From the human T2T-CHM13v2.0 reference genome, Homo sapiens: 64,000 nt of DNA. The DNA lies in NCBI GenBank assembly GCA_009914755.4, contig CP068257.2, positions 30,656,001 through 30,720,000 of the forward strand, given 5' to 3'. The notes under the pieces are model-generated. The model was not told the origin of the DNA, made no database searches, and saw only the letters and a program-made list of their open reading frames with translations. The position numbers and the translations under genes were made by a program. This document shows, one piece after another, positions 41,917 to 56,590 of this stretch; within the stretch, counting starts at the first letter, position 1, and each line of letters starts with the position of its first letter.

Positions 41917-42194
41917 GCCAGAGTCTCCTTTGTCGCCCAGGCTGGAGTGCAGTGGCACAATCTTGGCTCACTGTAACCTCCACCTTACGGGTGCAAGCGA
42001 TTCTTGTGCCTCAGCCTCCTGAGTAGCTAGGACTACAGGCATGTGCCACCATGCCCAGCTAATTTTCTTATTTTTAGTAGAGACGGGGTTTCACCATGTT
42101 GGCCAGGCTGGTTTCAAACTCCTGGCCTCAAGTGATCAGCTCGCCTTGGCCTCCCAAAGTGCTGGGATTACAGGAATGAGTCACCGTGCCCAGC
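41917..42194 (-). mobile_element. Alu (antisense), inserted in L1-derived sequence
   Basis: Alu consensus in reverse orientation. Confidence 0.9.
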
Positions 42195-42740
42195 CTAATT
42201 TTCTTATTTCTCACAAGTGACTGTTTTTGATAAGAGGGAAAAAGAAATCCAAAAGCTTTAAAAGCACCAAACTAGATACAATTATATTGTTTTACAAAAG
42301 ATGGAAGAAATGTGTTTAAGAGACACCTACATAAGTACATAACAAATATAGGTAAATGGAATACATTTGGGAAAGAGAAAAGTCTAAACATTTAGTTTAT
42401 ACTCACTAAAAGCAGCTAATACTCAGCTGGCTGGGATATTTTTAGTAATCACTGACATTCTAAGACAAATGGATTTTCCACGTGTCCATGAGGAAAAGTC
42501 AGTTTCCTGTTTTGTGCTCATCTCTGCTACTCTATGAAAATCTTGGCTTTGTAACACTTATGGAAAAGAGCCGCCCTCAGAATGCTGAAAACATGATAGG
42601 CTATTTAAAAATAGTTATAAATGCCATTCTCTTTGTTTCAAGAACCTCATGAATAGCAACGTGGCCTTAACAGACCTTCAGATCAAAATGGCTTAACCAG
42701 GACAGTTATCAAGGATTAAAATTAAAACTGCCCCAGAACT

Positions 42741-43033
42741 GGGTGTAATGGCTCACCCAGCCTCCCAAGGTGCTGTAATCCCCCAGCAACTTGGGAGGCT
42801 GAGGTGGGAGGATTACTTGGGGCCAGGAGTTCCCCTGGCAACATAGAGAGATACAGTCTCTACCAAAAAAAAAAAATTAGCTAGGCATGGTGGTGCACAT
42901 TTGCAGTCCTAGCTACTCAGGAGGCTGAGGCAGGAGGACGGCTTGAACAGGAGTTTGGGTATACAGTGAGCCATGATCATGCCACTGCACTCCAACCTAG
43001 GTGACAGAGTGAGACCCTGACTCTTAAAAAAAA
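42741..43033 (+). mobile_element. Alu (sense, diverged)
   Basis: Alu consensus. Confidence 0.85.
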
Positions 43034-45119
43034 ATGTGCCCCAGTATTAGTGGGCTTCAGTAGCAGTGTAACTGCTGTTGGAGCATCAGAAATCTTCCTT
43101 ACACCTCTTTTTACATAATATCCCCCAGAGGCACCCCAATAGGCTAGACTCATCACAGTGAGAAGAGTCAGAGGAGCCTGCGTGCTCTGGTCATCTAGTG
43201 ATGAGGCTCAGAGAATTGCAAATGGGGCTTCCTGTTCTGGCTGCCTTGTGGCATGTGTGAATTATGAGCTGTAGATTTCAGCCCAGTTCTGTTGAGGACA
43301 AGAGTTTGCTGTGGAAAAAGCATTTGTCACTGCCATTGCTAACAGCCTTGGCTGGCCCTGTTTCTTGGCCAAGGACTCAAAGAAGGGAAGGAATAAGGTT
43401 AAGAAAATAGGTTCCCATTTCCAGCAAAGGGCTGAAAACGGAGCAGTGGGACTGTAATTACTCTCAAGACTGGCAGCCACATATAAAAATTAATTGGATG
43501 CTCAATTTAGGATTGCAGTTAGTTTAGCAATATCTGGACCCAGATGCCACCGCAGGAAGTAAAAACATACAGTTGAGAACTTCTGCTACACTCTGCATAG
43601 CTGAATCTCACAAATGTAACATGGGATAGATGCAGCTTGGCAGCAAAGATTACATCATGTGTATCGCCATTTACATGAAGTTCAAATACAGGATGCTGGC
43701 CCCTTCTAGGGAGGAAGGGGCTTGAGGAGCTGCTTACTGTTCTATGCCCTGATCTCACTGGTGGTGTCACCACTACTGACTTTTCTATGTGTCACACTTC
43801 AACTATTTTAGTGCCAGGAATTTGCCTCTTCCAATGAATGAGTGTGCTTCCTTTCAGCAGTCAATGAAATCTGTTTAAAAACCAGGCCTCCATCTTTCGT
43901 TTGGGATGACAAGATGCTCAGAGCAACATCTAAGAAATGTACTTTTTGGGGAGTGTTTTTTTTTTTTTTTTTTTTTTTGGGTATATCCATTTCCCTCTCC
44001 ACCTGTATGCCTTTTGAAATGTTCTACTTTGATATGAATTTTTCGTGTAAATTTTTGACTATTGCAATTCCTTTTCAAATTGGGATAGGCAAGCTCTGCA
44101 AATTTTTCTACCTGTATTAAACCAATAAAACTTAAATAGTCGTATTTGGAAATTTAAGGTAAGGAAACTGGTACCTGGTACATTTTCCTAATTTGAAAGA
44201 CCATTTACTAATGACAGCTCTTCAAAAAAGTCCTCCCAGACCAAGGGAAAAAAAAAAAAAAAGCACAGTACTCAAGATTTCATGAAAATTAACATCCTGA
44301 TTTTGCTATTAAACTTTTTCCAAGCCTTTTTCTCCTGAAAGCTCTATCTGTTATAATTCACTAAAGTTAAAAGGTCCAGTAGTCTTGCATTTTTTTAGAG
44401 TATGGAAACTTTATTTCCATGTTTGATGAGTAACAGATTTAGCAGCACCACTGAGGCACAGGGGAAATCAGAAGAGCTTCCTGGCCACTGACTAGGAGAT
44501 CTGCTGCAGTTAGCCTGCTGCTTAAAATCGCCATCAGGGCAATTAAGATATCCATTTGCTATTACCGTAATCTGACATTTGTATGAAATGCCCCCTGCTC
44601 TCTTGCAAACAAAATCCAGCTTCAGCAACAGAGCACAGTGCTCACCATGGGGAGCTAGAGCCAACACAAAGGCCTATTGATGGGAAGATCTCTATGATAT
44701 CCTAGCCTCTTTGATCTTTTTAAAAGGGATACAAAGGGCACTGATAGAGGATTGGCAAATCTATTCAGAAGTAGGAGCATTTGTTGAGAAAATAAAATTT
44801 CAAGTTTAAAAAGGAGGAAAACAGGATGAATAGTGGAACAATGTCTCCCCAGTGCACCTAAATCTCCCCAGTTGTGAAGTCTGGGAGTCCATTCAGGGAT
44901 CACGCGAACCAGCACAGAAGCAAAATGTGTGCCGCCACACCCCCAGCACACCCCACTGGAATCTCAAGCTGGACCTAGGAAAACATGAGGAACTGCAACA
45001 GTTCTCCCTCTAGAATGAGGAAACTGTGGCCAGAGGTAGGGCAGGAAGTGCATTTTCCCTGTATACCCTTCAGCACCTGCTGAATTTCAAACTGTGAATG
45101 TATTACCTAATGTTAAAAA

Positions 45120-46600
45120 TTAATGAACTTAGACTTCCCAATTCTGGCAAGATGGAGTAGACATGCTTTTTCCTATTCTTCCTATCAAGTAGAACTAAAA
45201 ATACTGAGCATCATATGTAGAACAAATATAAGATGATTCTGGAAGGTAGAAAGAAAGCAGACCAGTCAGAGACCTTGAGACCCAAAGAACAAGGGAGTGC
45301 GTTCCTGGGTTGTCTTCTTGCCTCATTTGTCCTAGACTTAGAACTCAAGTCAGCAACCTGGAAACATCGACAGGCTCTCACACACACAAAGGCCGGAACA
45401 AAAGCCTGTTCTCTCTAACAAAAAAGAATGGAAAAAGGGCTGCCTAGCAAGACAGAAAACTGTGAGCCAAGAGCGGCGATACTTCAGCCAAACACTTCAC
45501 TGTGCCCCACTCCCAGCCACACCAGCAAAGGTGGAGCCTAGACTCCCACCCCTGCCAGGCTGGAAAGAGGAGCCCCAAATCCCCTGTTGGGGTGGCATGA
45601 GAGAAGGCCAAGTAGGGAGGCAGGATGTTCCTCTCCTGGGCAGTGACAGTACACTCCTCCTGCCCCCACTGGGGTGTCAGAGGAAGCCTAGCAGAGAGTA
45701 AGGACTTTCAGCATGCCCAGCAGTGACTGGGCAGCCCCCACTTCTACCTGTCCCCGCCAGGAAAGACCTGCAGAGGCCCAGTGAGCAGCTGGGACCCCCA
45801 TCTCAACCAACAGTCACAAGCGGGACAGATGGACTTTTCAACACACAGAGGCTGTAACAACTGACAACAACAGGTGAAGCAGTATGAATCCAGACCTGGA
45901 CATCACACCTCACAGAAAAGTGAGCTCAAAACAGATCACGGGCTTAAATTTAAAGAGTAAAACTAGAAACTTTTAGATAGAAACATAAGAAAAATTCCTC
46001 AGGATCTAGGAGTAGACAGAGTTCTTAGATGCCAAGAGCATGATCCGTAAAAGGAAAAACTGACCAAATGGGCTTCATCAAAATTAAAAGCTTTTGCTCT
46101 GTGAAAGAACTTGTTAAAAGGATTAAAAGATAAGCTACGGATTGTTAGATATTTGCAAACCACAAATCCTTCCAAGGACTAGTATCTGGAATATATAAAG
46201 AACACTCAAAACTCAATAGTTGAAAAAAGAAAGACAAAAAAAAAAAAAAATCCCCAAACTCAAGTTAAAAAAACAAAAGACAAAAAAAAAAAAAAAATCC
46301 CCAAACTCAAGTTAAAAAAACAAAAGACAAAAAAAAAAAAAAATCCCCAAACTCAAGTTAAAAAAACAAAAGACAAAAAAAAAAAAAAATCCCCAAACTC
46401 AATAGTTAAAAAAACAAAAAACAAAAAATCCCATTAGAAAATGGGCAAAAGACATGAACAGACATTTCACCAAAGAGGATGTGCAGATAGCAAATAAGCC
46501 ACAGGATGTTCAACATCATTAGCCATTAGAAAAATGCAAATTCAAGCCACAATGAGCTATCCCTGCACACTGTCAGAATGCTCCCAACCAAGAGACCTGA
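45120..46600 (+). mobile_element. L1-derived sequence with a tandem duplication of about 52 bp (x4) at 46198-46440
   Basis: aatccccaaactcaagttaaaaaaacaaaagacaaaaaaaaaaaaaa repeats, then an L1 ORF2 fragment (gggcaaaagacatgaacagacatttcaccaaagaggat...aatgcaaattcaagccacaatgag). Confidence 0.5.
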
Positions 46601-47121
46601 CCAGCCTGGGAAGATCAATCTCAGTGTTTCTCAATGTGCGTTACATGGAAGTGTTTCTTTCTCTCCCCACAACCCATTCACCCACAAGGACTCCCACTCT
46701 GAGGCTACTAGACACAAAACATAATTTCCAAAATGTACTTAAGCCAAGAAAAAGGCAACCTCAGCAGGCTGACCCATTATCAGGACTAAAATCTCTCATT
46801 TCTGTTGGTATTTGACCAGTAACTAATAAAAATGCAGAAAATGTTCATCATTAGGAATTAGGAAAACATCAAAGACAATTGGACATTTCCAGATTTTAAA
46901 ATTACAATTTTTTTTTTTAAATCACTGTATGTTCAAAATACTAACTGTGACTTTGCTGAAAATCACTGGAATGAACAGATGAGGATGGCTGAAGATCCTT
47001 TAAGAATTATTTCCAAGATTCAGGTCCTCATGTGGTAATTATGGCAATAATTACCATAATCAACCTGACCTCTGAGAAGTCATGCATAGCAAGCCCTGAC
47101 CCAAGAGAAGACTGCAGTTAC

Positions 47122-47224
47122 CTGGCCTGGTCAGCTCACTGAAGAGCTGAAGGAGAAAGCAGGGGTCATAGAGGCCATCAAGATCCACCCTGCTTTTGTC
47201 TTTGAATATCAGCTCCTGTGTGTC
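47122..47224 (-). CDS. URB1: URB1 exon (phase 0, ends +1): DTQELIFKDKSRVDLDGLYDPCFLLQLFSELTRP
   Basis: Acceptor gattttggctctttcag|GACACAC and donor GGCCAG|gtaactgcag. Single open frame. The leftover G plus 'AG' of the 39147 exon gives Glu. Confidence 0.75.
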
Positions 47225-47279
47225 CTGAAAGAGCCAAAATCAACAAAAACGTGTGATTCAACCTCACAAAGGTAATACA

Positions 47280-47610
47280 GGTTGAGTATCTCTTATCTGA
47301 AACACCTGGGATCAGAAATGTTTCAGATTTTGGAATATTTGCATACATAATGAGATATCTTGGGGATGGGAGCCAAGTTTAAACACACAAATCATTTATG
47401 TTTCATATGCACGTAATATACATAGCATGCAGGTAACTTTATACAGGAATTTAAGATAATTTTGTGCATGAAAGAAAGTCTCTGTACACTGACCCTCAGG
47501 AAAGCAAAGGCGTCTCTATCTCATGTTAGTGCTCAAAAAGCTTCAAATTTTGGAACATTTCAGATTTGGGATTTTCAGATTAGAGATTCTCAACCTGTAT
47601 GGCATAACTG
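47280..47610. mobile_element. Second copy of the same TIR DNA-transposon family (caggttgagtatctcttatctgaaacacctgg ... gagattctcaacctgtatgg)
   Basis: Direct comparison with 20556-20770. It lies about 55 nt from the 47224 URB1 exon acceptor. Confidence 0.6.
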
Positions 47611-47967
47611 TTTACCCTCTACTGCCAGAGCTCAAATTATTTTGAATATTTAAGGGCATAAAGCAAAGTGCTTGTGTAAAAAGCAGTGCTTGTACATGAA
47701 ATGATAGGATCCTTGGGATGTGCTGCAACATAATCTCCTTGGGGGCAGGGGAACAGAGTGGTATAAACAGAACAAGCGTGGCCAGTGCAGATCATTGTTG
47801 CAGCTGGGCGGTGGGCTTATGAGGGTCTGGTCTCTATACCTTTATATATGATAAGATTCTTACTTAATAAAAAGGTAAATAACAAGAAAAACGAAGCTGA
47901 GGGTGCAGATGGAGCCCCTGAGGCTGGGGTGAAGGGGTGGGTAGGGACAGAACAGCAGCAGCCCAAC

Positions 47968-48139
47968 CTCGGGGGGCAGCAGCCTCCGGTTCTGGGGGAA
48001 GTGCAGGATGGTCTGCATCATCCGGTCCCGGTCCAGCAGGCGAAGGATGTCCCCGACACTCGGCTGCTGCCACAGTGACCTGCCCAGGCTCCGGCACGTC
48101 TTGTGATGCTCCACGGCCGCTGGGCCCCACAGCAGCACC
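47968..48139 (-). CDS. URB1: URB1 exon (1 nt start, ends phase 0): (R)VLLWGPAAVEHHKTCRSLGRSLWQQPSVGDILRLLDRDRMMQTILHFPQNRRLLPPE
   Basis: Acceptor ttttcccttttctggctctag|GGTGCTG and donor CCCGAG|gttgggctg. Confidence 0.8.
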
Positions 48140-50898
48140 CTAGAGCCAGAAAAGGGAAAAGAGACTGGTCACAGAGCCCCCCGGGAACAGAATTAATCAT
48201 GATAACAACAACAGGTAGCAGTTGTCAGGCTGCCAGTTCACACCAGGTGCTGTTCTGAGCATGCGACGTGTTATATCACTCAATCCCATCACAGCTTACG
48301 AAGTGGGTGGTGGTGATGGTGAGGCTGAGGGTGGGTGACAGTGTCAGTGATGACGACAGAAGCTGGTGTCTACTCAGCTGGCCCTATTCTAAGCCCTTCA
48401 TGTAGATCAATTCACTCAATCTGCACAACATCTCCATCAGGTGGGTACTATTATTATACCCCTTGTGCAAATGGGGGAAAGAGGTGCGGAGAGGATTAAG
48501 CAAGTTGCTCAGCTGCTCACCTGCTCAGATGGTATGTTGCAGGGCTGGGATTCAGACTCAGGAAGTCTGGCTCCTGAGTCCATGCTAGAACATAGCGGCA
48601 GAATTCTGATCTCTCACTGCTCACATGTGGCCACGAGTGAACCAGGTCTGCCTACACAAGCCTTTCGGCTAAGCCCACCATGTGTGTGCTATGGACAACC
48701 TTCATACCTCAACCGCCACCACAGCTGTCAGAGGCCACCTTGCCTTCCTTCCTCCTAGAAAATGACTCCAGCCTAGCACTTCCCCCAACTCTCCTCCTCC
48801 CTCCCCCATCCACTGCCCTGCTGCTGCCCCGCTGCTGCCAGGCCGCTCCCCAGAGCCCAGCTGTGACGAGGAATGCTTCCCTGCTGTCTCCCAGATGGAA
48901 TGGAAATGCTTCCATCTGGTACTTTCACCCTCCACTGGCAATCCACGTGGCCTTCCCATTGCCTGTTTCCCTGCACACATCCAATGACCCCGATAAGCCG
49001 GGCTACTCACCCTTTCCCCAAATGTCCTGAGTTTCCACTCCTGCATGCTGTTTCCTCCTCCTGCTGCCCCAGGCCCCTCTGCCCACCTCACCTCAATTAA
49101 ATCCCTCTGACTCGCCAAATGCCAACCCTGGCACGAATCGGTCTTGAGCACATAGGGCCTGGCTCTTGGTGCTCCTGTAAGAGCTGGTTTATATCACGGG
49201 GCGTGAGTCAGCTGCCACTTTAAAAATGTCTAAATTTCTCACAGTCTGTTACCCTCAGCAGATGGGAAGACTGTATCTCATTCCCATAGGTTTTCCTGAG
49301 AGCACCAAGCCCAGCGCCTCCAGGCAATCAAGGAACATTATCTATAGAGCTAAATACTTCTAAACAAAATTCTTCTAAATACAGGTTCGCTTCTGTGCAA
49401 GTCGACAACAGTCACTAATGTCAGAAAAGGAAAGAATCATCCTTTCAGGAATGCTCGCTGTTCACCCCAGTTTCTGGCAGGCAGAGAGCCCATGCGCCAG
49501 GCACACCCGGCAGACTGCCCATCACAGACCGGCGGGAGAGCCGCCACGTAGCGTCCAGGATCCCCAGCTCAGCTCCCCGAGCTCAGGCCTGCTCCCTCAT
49601 CTAAGGACGAGATGTTTATTTTGTTTGCGGAAATGCTCTGTGCCCCTTAGAGCCACAGTGCCAGTGAGCGGCACATCCTTGATTCGCTCTTCCCCGGCAG
49701 CTGAAACTAGACTCCCTTCACAGCCAGCCCTGTCCTGTGACTCCCTGGGCAGCCTCGCTTGGCGTTCTCTGCTGTGTTAGAGGTCGTTCTGCAGAAATGG
49801 GTAGCTGGAACAATGCTGCACTGTGATAAAACCCGCCTCCGACTTGCTCTCCCCTCTTCCTCACATAAGAAGGGCTATTCTACTCCAGAAAGGACATAAC
49901 TGACATAGCACCAGCTCCGACGTCAAAAGAGCGAGGCTGCCGCAGGAGAAAGGAAAAGAGCTTCTATGCAAGCCCTGGGCATTCTTAAGAGACAGAAAAA
50001 AATGTTTTCATTTCCTTTTTCTTTCTTTTTTTTGTGGGGTGGGGAGGGTTGGGAGATAGCTTCTGGGCTGATACAGCTCTAATCTTTAAACAAAGTACTT
50101 TGACGTGGAAATTGTTTTCTCCTCCCTGCAAGCTCTCCTGAACAATCTTCCTTGGCCCAGTCAGCCCGCCTCCTGGCTGAACACACACACACACGTACAT
50201 ACTGAGCAGATGTTCCAGTGCTAGTCCCAAATGGCAAGGAGAAAAGAAGACTCTAGGGCAGCAAAGAGGATCCAAAAGTGCATTCTATCAATGGCACATT
50301 TGATCAAGCTCCTGCTTAGGTGCGGCACTTGTAAAGGTGAGGCAGGGCCCACAGGGAAAGGTGTCACACTCAGCCCTGCAGGACCAAAGCCCATCTGACC
50401 AAAAGACTGGGAGCCCAGGAAAGACAGACATGTACACCCACACCCACCTACATACACGCATGCACACACAGACACAAGCATGCATGCACATACAGACAAA
50501 AAAAAAGAGATTTTATGTACAGTTGAGCCCCCTGACACTTCCCCTGAAATCCCTATGGCATAAGTCAATCTACCTAAAGGCATGAGCAGAAAAGTTTTCA
50601 GAAAAATCAACCAAATGAGACACCCCAGTCCAGCTGACAGTGCACAACAGGGGCAATTCCAGACAGACAGGCACCCATCAGTCAGCTGCAGTGGCCCTGC
50701 CCAGATGCCTTATGGCATAAGGCCAAGCTTCCCCAGAGCACCCTATGCAGAAGCCAGTGTGAGTCAGGGGAGTGCTGCCTGCCTCACTCTTTCCCTGAGA
50801 ACCAAAATGGAATGAGAGAAAATCTCGAGTCTGGAGCTCACTGTGTGGAGAGCAGGCTGTGACCTCAAGGCCTAGTCTACCTCTAGCCCAACACTCAC

Positions 50899-50962
50899 CT
50901 GAAGTTGATGAGGCTGAGCTTGTTCTGCTCATACGCTCGAAGCAGAAGTAAAATCTTCTGAT
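50899..50962 (-). CDS. URB1: URB1 exon (64 nt; 2 nt start, ends +2): (D)QKILLLLRAYEQNKLSLINF
   Basis: Acceptor atcctgctttgacttgtag|ATCAG and donor CTTCAG|gtgagtgttg. Only one frame is open without a stop. Phase links 51209 to 48139. Confidence 0.7.
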
Positions 50963-51208
50963 CTACAAGTCAAAGCAGGATCGGTTTAGGAAGATGAACC
51001 CCTGACACCCTCCTGCTGCTCCCACCACCTGCCCTCATACCCTCCCTGCTCAAATGGCCCGGTCCTCATATCTTCACCCTGCTTGCACCGCCTGGTCTCA
51101 CTGTCTCCTCCTGCTCACATCCCTCCAGCTCTCATTCCCTATCTCTGCTCACACCCCCGGCCCTCACTCCCTCCCCCTGCTCACACTACCCAGCCCTCAC
51201 ACCCTCAC

Positions 51209-51319
51209 CTAGGACGCTGAGAGTGGCGCCATAGGCCCCGAGAAGCACTGCAAAGTGGCTGCTCTCACAGACAGAGGGGCACATCTCCACCACCGTCAGC
51301 ATCAGGTCCACCAGCGCTT
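51209..51319 (-). CDS. URB1: URB1 exon (2 nt start, ends +1): (E)ALVDLMLTVVEMCPSVCESSHFAVLLGAYGATLSVL
   Basis: Acceptor tgtttcagggttgttttcttgcag|AAGCG and donor GTCCTAG|gtgagggtg. Confidence 0.8.
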
Positions 51320-51496
51320 CTGCAAGAAAACAACCCTGAAACACATGGCATGGTGGGGCAGACACACTGAATACCAGAAGAGGAGAGAGCCTTCCAGGCA
51401 ACATTGAAATGCTGGAAATCTCCTCCTCTGAATAATACTGGTGTTTGGACTGCCATCTAATCCCTTCCCCGCTTATTTTTTTGTTATTATTATTTT

Positions 51497-51626
51497 CTTT
51501 TCTTTTTTTCTTTTTTTTTTTGAGATGAGGTCGTGCTATGTTGCCCAGGCTGAACTCCTTAGCTCAAGCAATCCTCCTTGGCATCCCAAAGTGCTGGGAT
51601 CAGAGGCATGAGCCACCGCGCCCAGC
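51497..51626 (-). mobile_element. Alu monomer fragment (antisense)
   Basis: Poly-T then gagatgaggtcgtgctatgttgcccaggctg...gagccaccgcgcccagcc. Confidence 0.8.
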
Positions 51627-52511
51627 CCCCCACGTGTTTTTCAATTAAGACATCTCCACAGTCACCTTTCTTCCTAGGCCTTTGACAAGGCTGAATTCAG
51701 TCCCTGCGCATTCCCCCTCCCAAATGTTAAGCCAATACAGATTTTCAATCCAGGCATGTTTTCCCCATGACTGTGCTACCAAAGCCTCTACTCTGTCTAC
51801 TCTTGCCTGAATTGAATGGCGGAGCCCTTTTAGTTTTTCTACTACCCATACCAGTGATGTGGCTAATGGCTGTCTTCGACTTATTAATAGCAGTTTATTA
51901 CAGTCTGACCCTGTGGTGATTGCTAATACTTCCGGGTGTGAATTTTATCTGTCTAAACAGAGCGTGGCGTCAGGAGGGCAGGAACCCTCGGATTATCTTC
52001 TCTGACATCCGACCTGTGAGCACTAAAGTGAATCCTTACTGAATTAGGGATGGAGCCTAAACTTAGGCTTTTGAAGTTCTTTACCACTGAACTGTCAATG
52101 GGCAAGTTCCAACCGTTTTCCCTTGATAAAAGTTTCAGTCTTCCCAAGCAGAAATTTCATGCAACTAATCAATTTCTCTCAGGTTAGACACCCACACTTT
52201 TTTCCCACGCGTGACTTCCCCTCGATCCCAGATTTTAACATGAGCCCATGATAACGGCACTAAGATCTCAAACACAACTTCTGTAAGCCAGTTAAGGCCT
52301 TGAAAACAGGTTTGTATTTGCTGTTTGACCACAAGTCAGAGGAGACATTTCTTCACCCTGGATTTGACAGAAATAAAACATTCTGACACTGTCTTGGCAA
52401 TGCTTCCTTAGCTCCGAGAGCCGGAGGGAGATGAGCCTCAGTGCAGCCAGTGTAAGGAAATCAGGAGATAAAATCTGGATACGGAATGGAAGGGCTGGGG
52501 TGAGGGGTCAC

Positions 52512-52705
52512 CTTTTACTTGGCTGTCCGGGCTCTCCTCTCCGTCAGACGTCAGTAGAGTCGGCAGAAACAGCGAGTGCTGCATGAGCATCACGTAGACC
52601 ACCGGGAGCTGGATGAGCTTCGTGCGCACGGAGCTTTCTGGGCTGTACAGGAGCTGTACGGCGGTGAGGAGCATCTTTAAAAATGTGTGGTCCTGGTACC
52701 GAAAT
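52512..52705 (-). CDS. URB1: URB1 exon (1 nt start, ends +1): (K)[64 protein letters not shown]
   Basis: Acceptor tttgactctcgccgcctag|ATTTCGG. Donor AAAAG|gtgacc at 52511 is chosen because it is in phase with the next exon. An alternative donor CAA|gtaaaa at 52518 would end the exon at 52519 and break phase. Confidence 0.7.
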
Positions 52706-52794
52706 CTAGGCGGCGAGAGTCAAACGGAAAAGAGCTTTGCTAAAAGGAAAATTTATTTTACAGGAAACAATAAAGATTCTTTTTCTCAGTATTT

Positions 52795-53098
<304 letters not shown>

Positions 53099-53146
53099 AT
53101 TTTCTCAGTATTTTATTAAGAAAATGTTCAAACAACACCAAGTTGA

Positions 53147-53595
<449 letters not shown>

Positions 53596-54067
53596 CAGTG
53601 CATTTGTTTTCTTTATGACTCAAACACCAAAAGAACTTCCTGCTTAGTGGAAACGCCAGGAGGCATGAGAACAGCTGCGCCTGAGAAAGAGGCAACTTAG
53701 TGCCTCCCAGGTCACCTTGCCCGGCCTCCCTCCTTCCTCACTCTCCTCTACTCAGAACTTCCATCAAATGGTTCAGAAGCCTTCTATGTCCTAAATCCCT
53801 TCAAAACCCACTAAGGAAAGGAAAGCAACACGCTCTAAAGAAAGTGTTTTTCAGTCCTATACGAATAACTTTAACCTAAGATGGAAAGAAATATCATAAT
53901 TCTGTGATGGTAACCTATAGTTGTCATTAACCTGGCACCCACTCTCACTTCTCTCTCTCCTCTTGTGTGAAATACTTTTCTCTGTTTCAAGTTCATGGGA
54001 TGGTCAGGGAAATGAAAATAACGCATGACTATCTGATTGCCCCAAACTGAAGAGCTGGAATGTATCA

Positions 54068-54437
<370 letters not shown>

Positions 54438-55270
54438 TTGCTCAACAACTTTGGAGAGCAGTTTGAGCATCTAGAACTGAAGATGCACCCACACTAAAAG
54501 CTAGTAAGTCCCCAATCCACCCCAAGAGACATGATAGAGACTGTAAGACTATAATGGGAGAGAATGAGAGAATGAGACAGAGAAAGAGAAAAACAGAGAG
54601 GGAGGGAGAGAGAGATGTGATGTAAAGGGGAGAATAGGGAGAACAGCCTAGACATTTGTCAGTAGAGGACTGGCTAAGTAATCTGGAATATAGTCAAAAG
54701 ACCGAATATTCTACAGCAGTAAAAATGAATGACTTAGATCTACAAGTATCAGTACGGGTAAATTAGAAACATCTCAGTGAACAAAAGGATGTATAAAGAA
54801 TGATACATTAAAAAAAAAAGAATGATACATTAGTGTAAAATGTTAAACATGCTAAATAATACTGTTTAACAACATACTAACACTCAGTGTATGAAAATAC
54901 AAAATAAGATACTGACGAGACAAAGCAGAACCTCAGAAGAGTGTTGACCTTTGGTTACAGAGGGATGAGAAAGAAACAGGACAAACACAGAAAACTGTCA
55001 GCATGTATTAAATGTGGGGGCTACTATTATTCTCTGCACATTTCTGTATTTCTTTAAATAGTTCTTTTAAAAGACTGCTTCTCTCATCATCAGAAGCACC
55101 CTGTGTCAAGAGGCAAATCATTTAACTTCTCCAACTTCTATCTCTAAAAACGAGGTGACATCGGCTCCACCACGTGGATTATGCTAATAACAAGCTATAA
55201 AAGAGGCTTTGCATGCTGAACGACATTCACACCTTTACCGAAGGGCACCAAGAAAATAAAATCAACTTAC

Positions 55271-55329
55271 TTGAGTCCCTTCTTCACGAATTTCTGCCAG
55301 TCACCAGGATCAACTTCATTAAGTGCATG
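55271..55329 (-). CDS. URB1: URB1 short exon (59 nt, phase 0, ends +2): HALNEVDPGDWQKFVKKGL
   Basis: Acceptor tcttacttattttattcatag|CATGCAC and donor CTCAA|gtaagt. Only one frame is open. Phase-compatible with both flanking exons. Confidence 0.7.
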
Positions 55330-56282
55330 CTATGAATAAAATAAGTAAGAAAAACACATGAAACATCTCAGTCTACAAAACACTAAAAGGCCCCAGCTGC
55401 AGAGCCTTCAGAAAGGCATCTGCCTCCATGGCCTGACTACCTCCTCTGTAAAACCCATGATCAAAGGGTTGAAAAGAGGAGCGCTGGTGTCCCCTTCTGC
55501 TCTGACACTTGTGATTCAACCCAGCAGCTGCTCTGTTCTGGACTCTCTGTGCAATGATTATTTTTTTTTAATAGAATAGGCATACAAATTTATTAATGTG
55601 CGTGGGAAAAATCACTGAGCAGTTACTCTTGTTTGCACAATTCTTGACAAGCATGTGATAGCTCAAACTTACAGGGGCAGAGAGCAGAACCAAGATTAAT
55701 CTTAAAACAAAAACTAAAATGCAGAATATGAAATTACACTTAGAGCACTTAGAGCCATGTAATATGAAATTACACTTAGGGCCATTCAGTAAATATGAAA
55801 CACAGTCATCCAAACAATCCACAAGAGCATGAAGGTTTTGGATTTTTTTTTTAACTTAAAAAAATTGTTTGGTTATTTCTGCTAGTAGCTCTGACATTTT
55901 ATCAGCATAATTGTGTTTATCAAATAGTCAAAGGAAATTTCCTGAGTAGTCCTGTTATTTTTTTCCTTTGTCTATCATTTCAAATAGCACTAATAGATTT
56001 GTAATTAGCCTTTTATTAAATAGCCAATGAAAACTACTAGTGTGACACCTTTACCCAGCCTCCAGGACACAGGGTTGGATGACATGAAGAGGTCTGTGGA
56101 ACTGGATGATCAATGCTGGCTCCAGAGAGACCAGCTACAGGCCGTGTGTGTGCAGGCTGCTGCCTCCCACCAGGCTGGCTGTGCAGTGGAGGCCACAGTT
56201 CCAGAAATCACAAGGAAATCCAAGGAGATCCTGGACCCATCAGCTGAGGTATATCTCACACTCGTGACTTTTTTTTTTCTTT

Positions 56283-56590
56283 TTTAAAAGAGATTGGGTC
56301 TTGCTAGGTTGCCAAGGCTGGAGTGCAATGGTGCAATGGCTATTCATAGGCGCAATCCCACTACTGATCAGCACAGGAGTTTTGACCTGTTCTGTTTCCA
56401 ACCTAGGCCAGTTCACCTCTCCTTAGGTAACCTGGTGGTCTCCTGCTCCAGGAAGTCACCATACTGATGCCAAACTTAGTGTGGAAACCTGATGGGAATA
56501 GCCCGGAACCTCTGGGCTCAAGCGATCCTCCTGCCTCAGCCTCCAGAGCAGCTGGAATTACAGGCGCGTGCCACCATGCCTGGCTCATCA
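56283..56590 (-). mobile_element. Two Alu fragments (antisense; 56283-56345 and 56505-56590) separated by about 160 bp of non-Alu sequence
   Basis: Partial Alu sequences. Probably one Alu split by an insertion or rearrangement. Confidence 0.6.

Noticed and set aside
44395-44951. Minus ORFs of 90 and 98 aa in URB1 intronic sequence
   Set aside because: No usable acceptor/donor pair, frames incompatible with the neighbouring exon phases, and the translation is not helical or Leu-rich like the rest of URB1.
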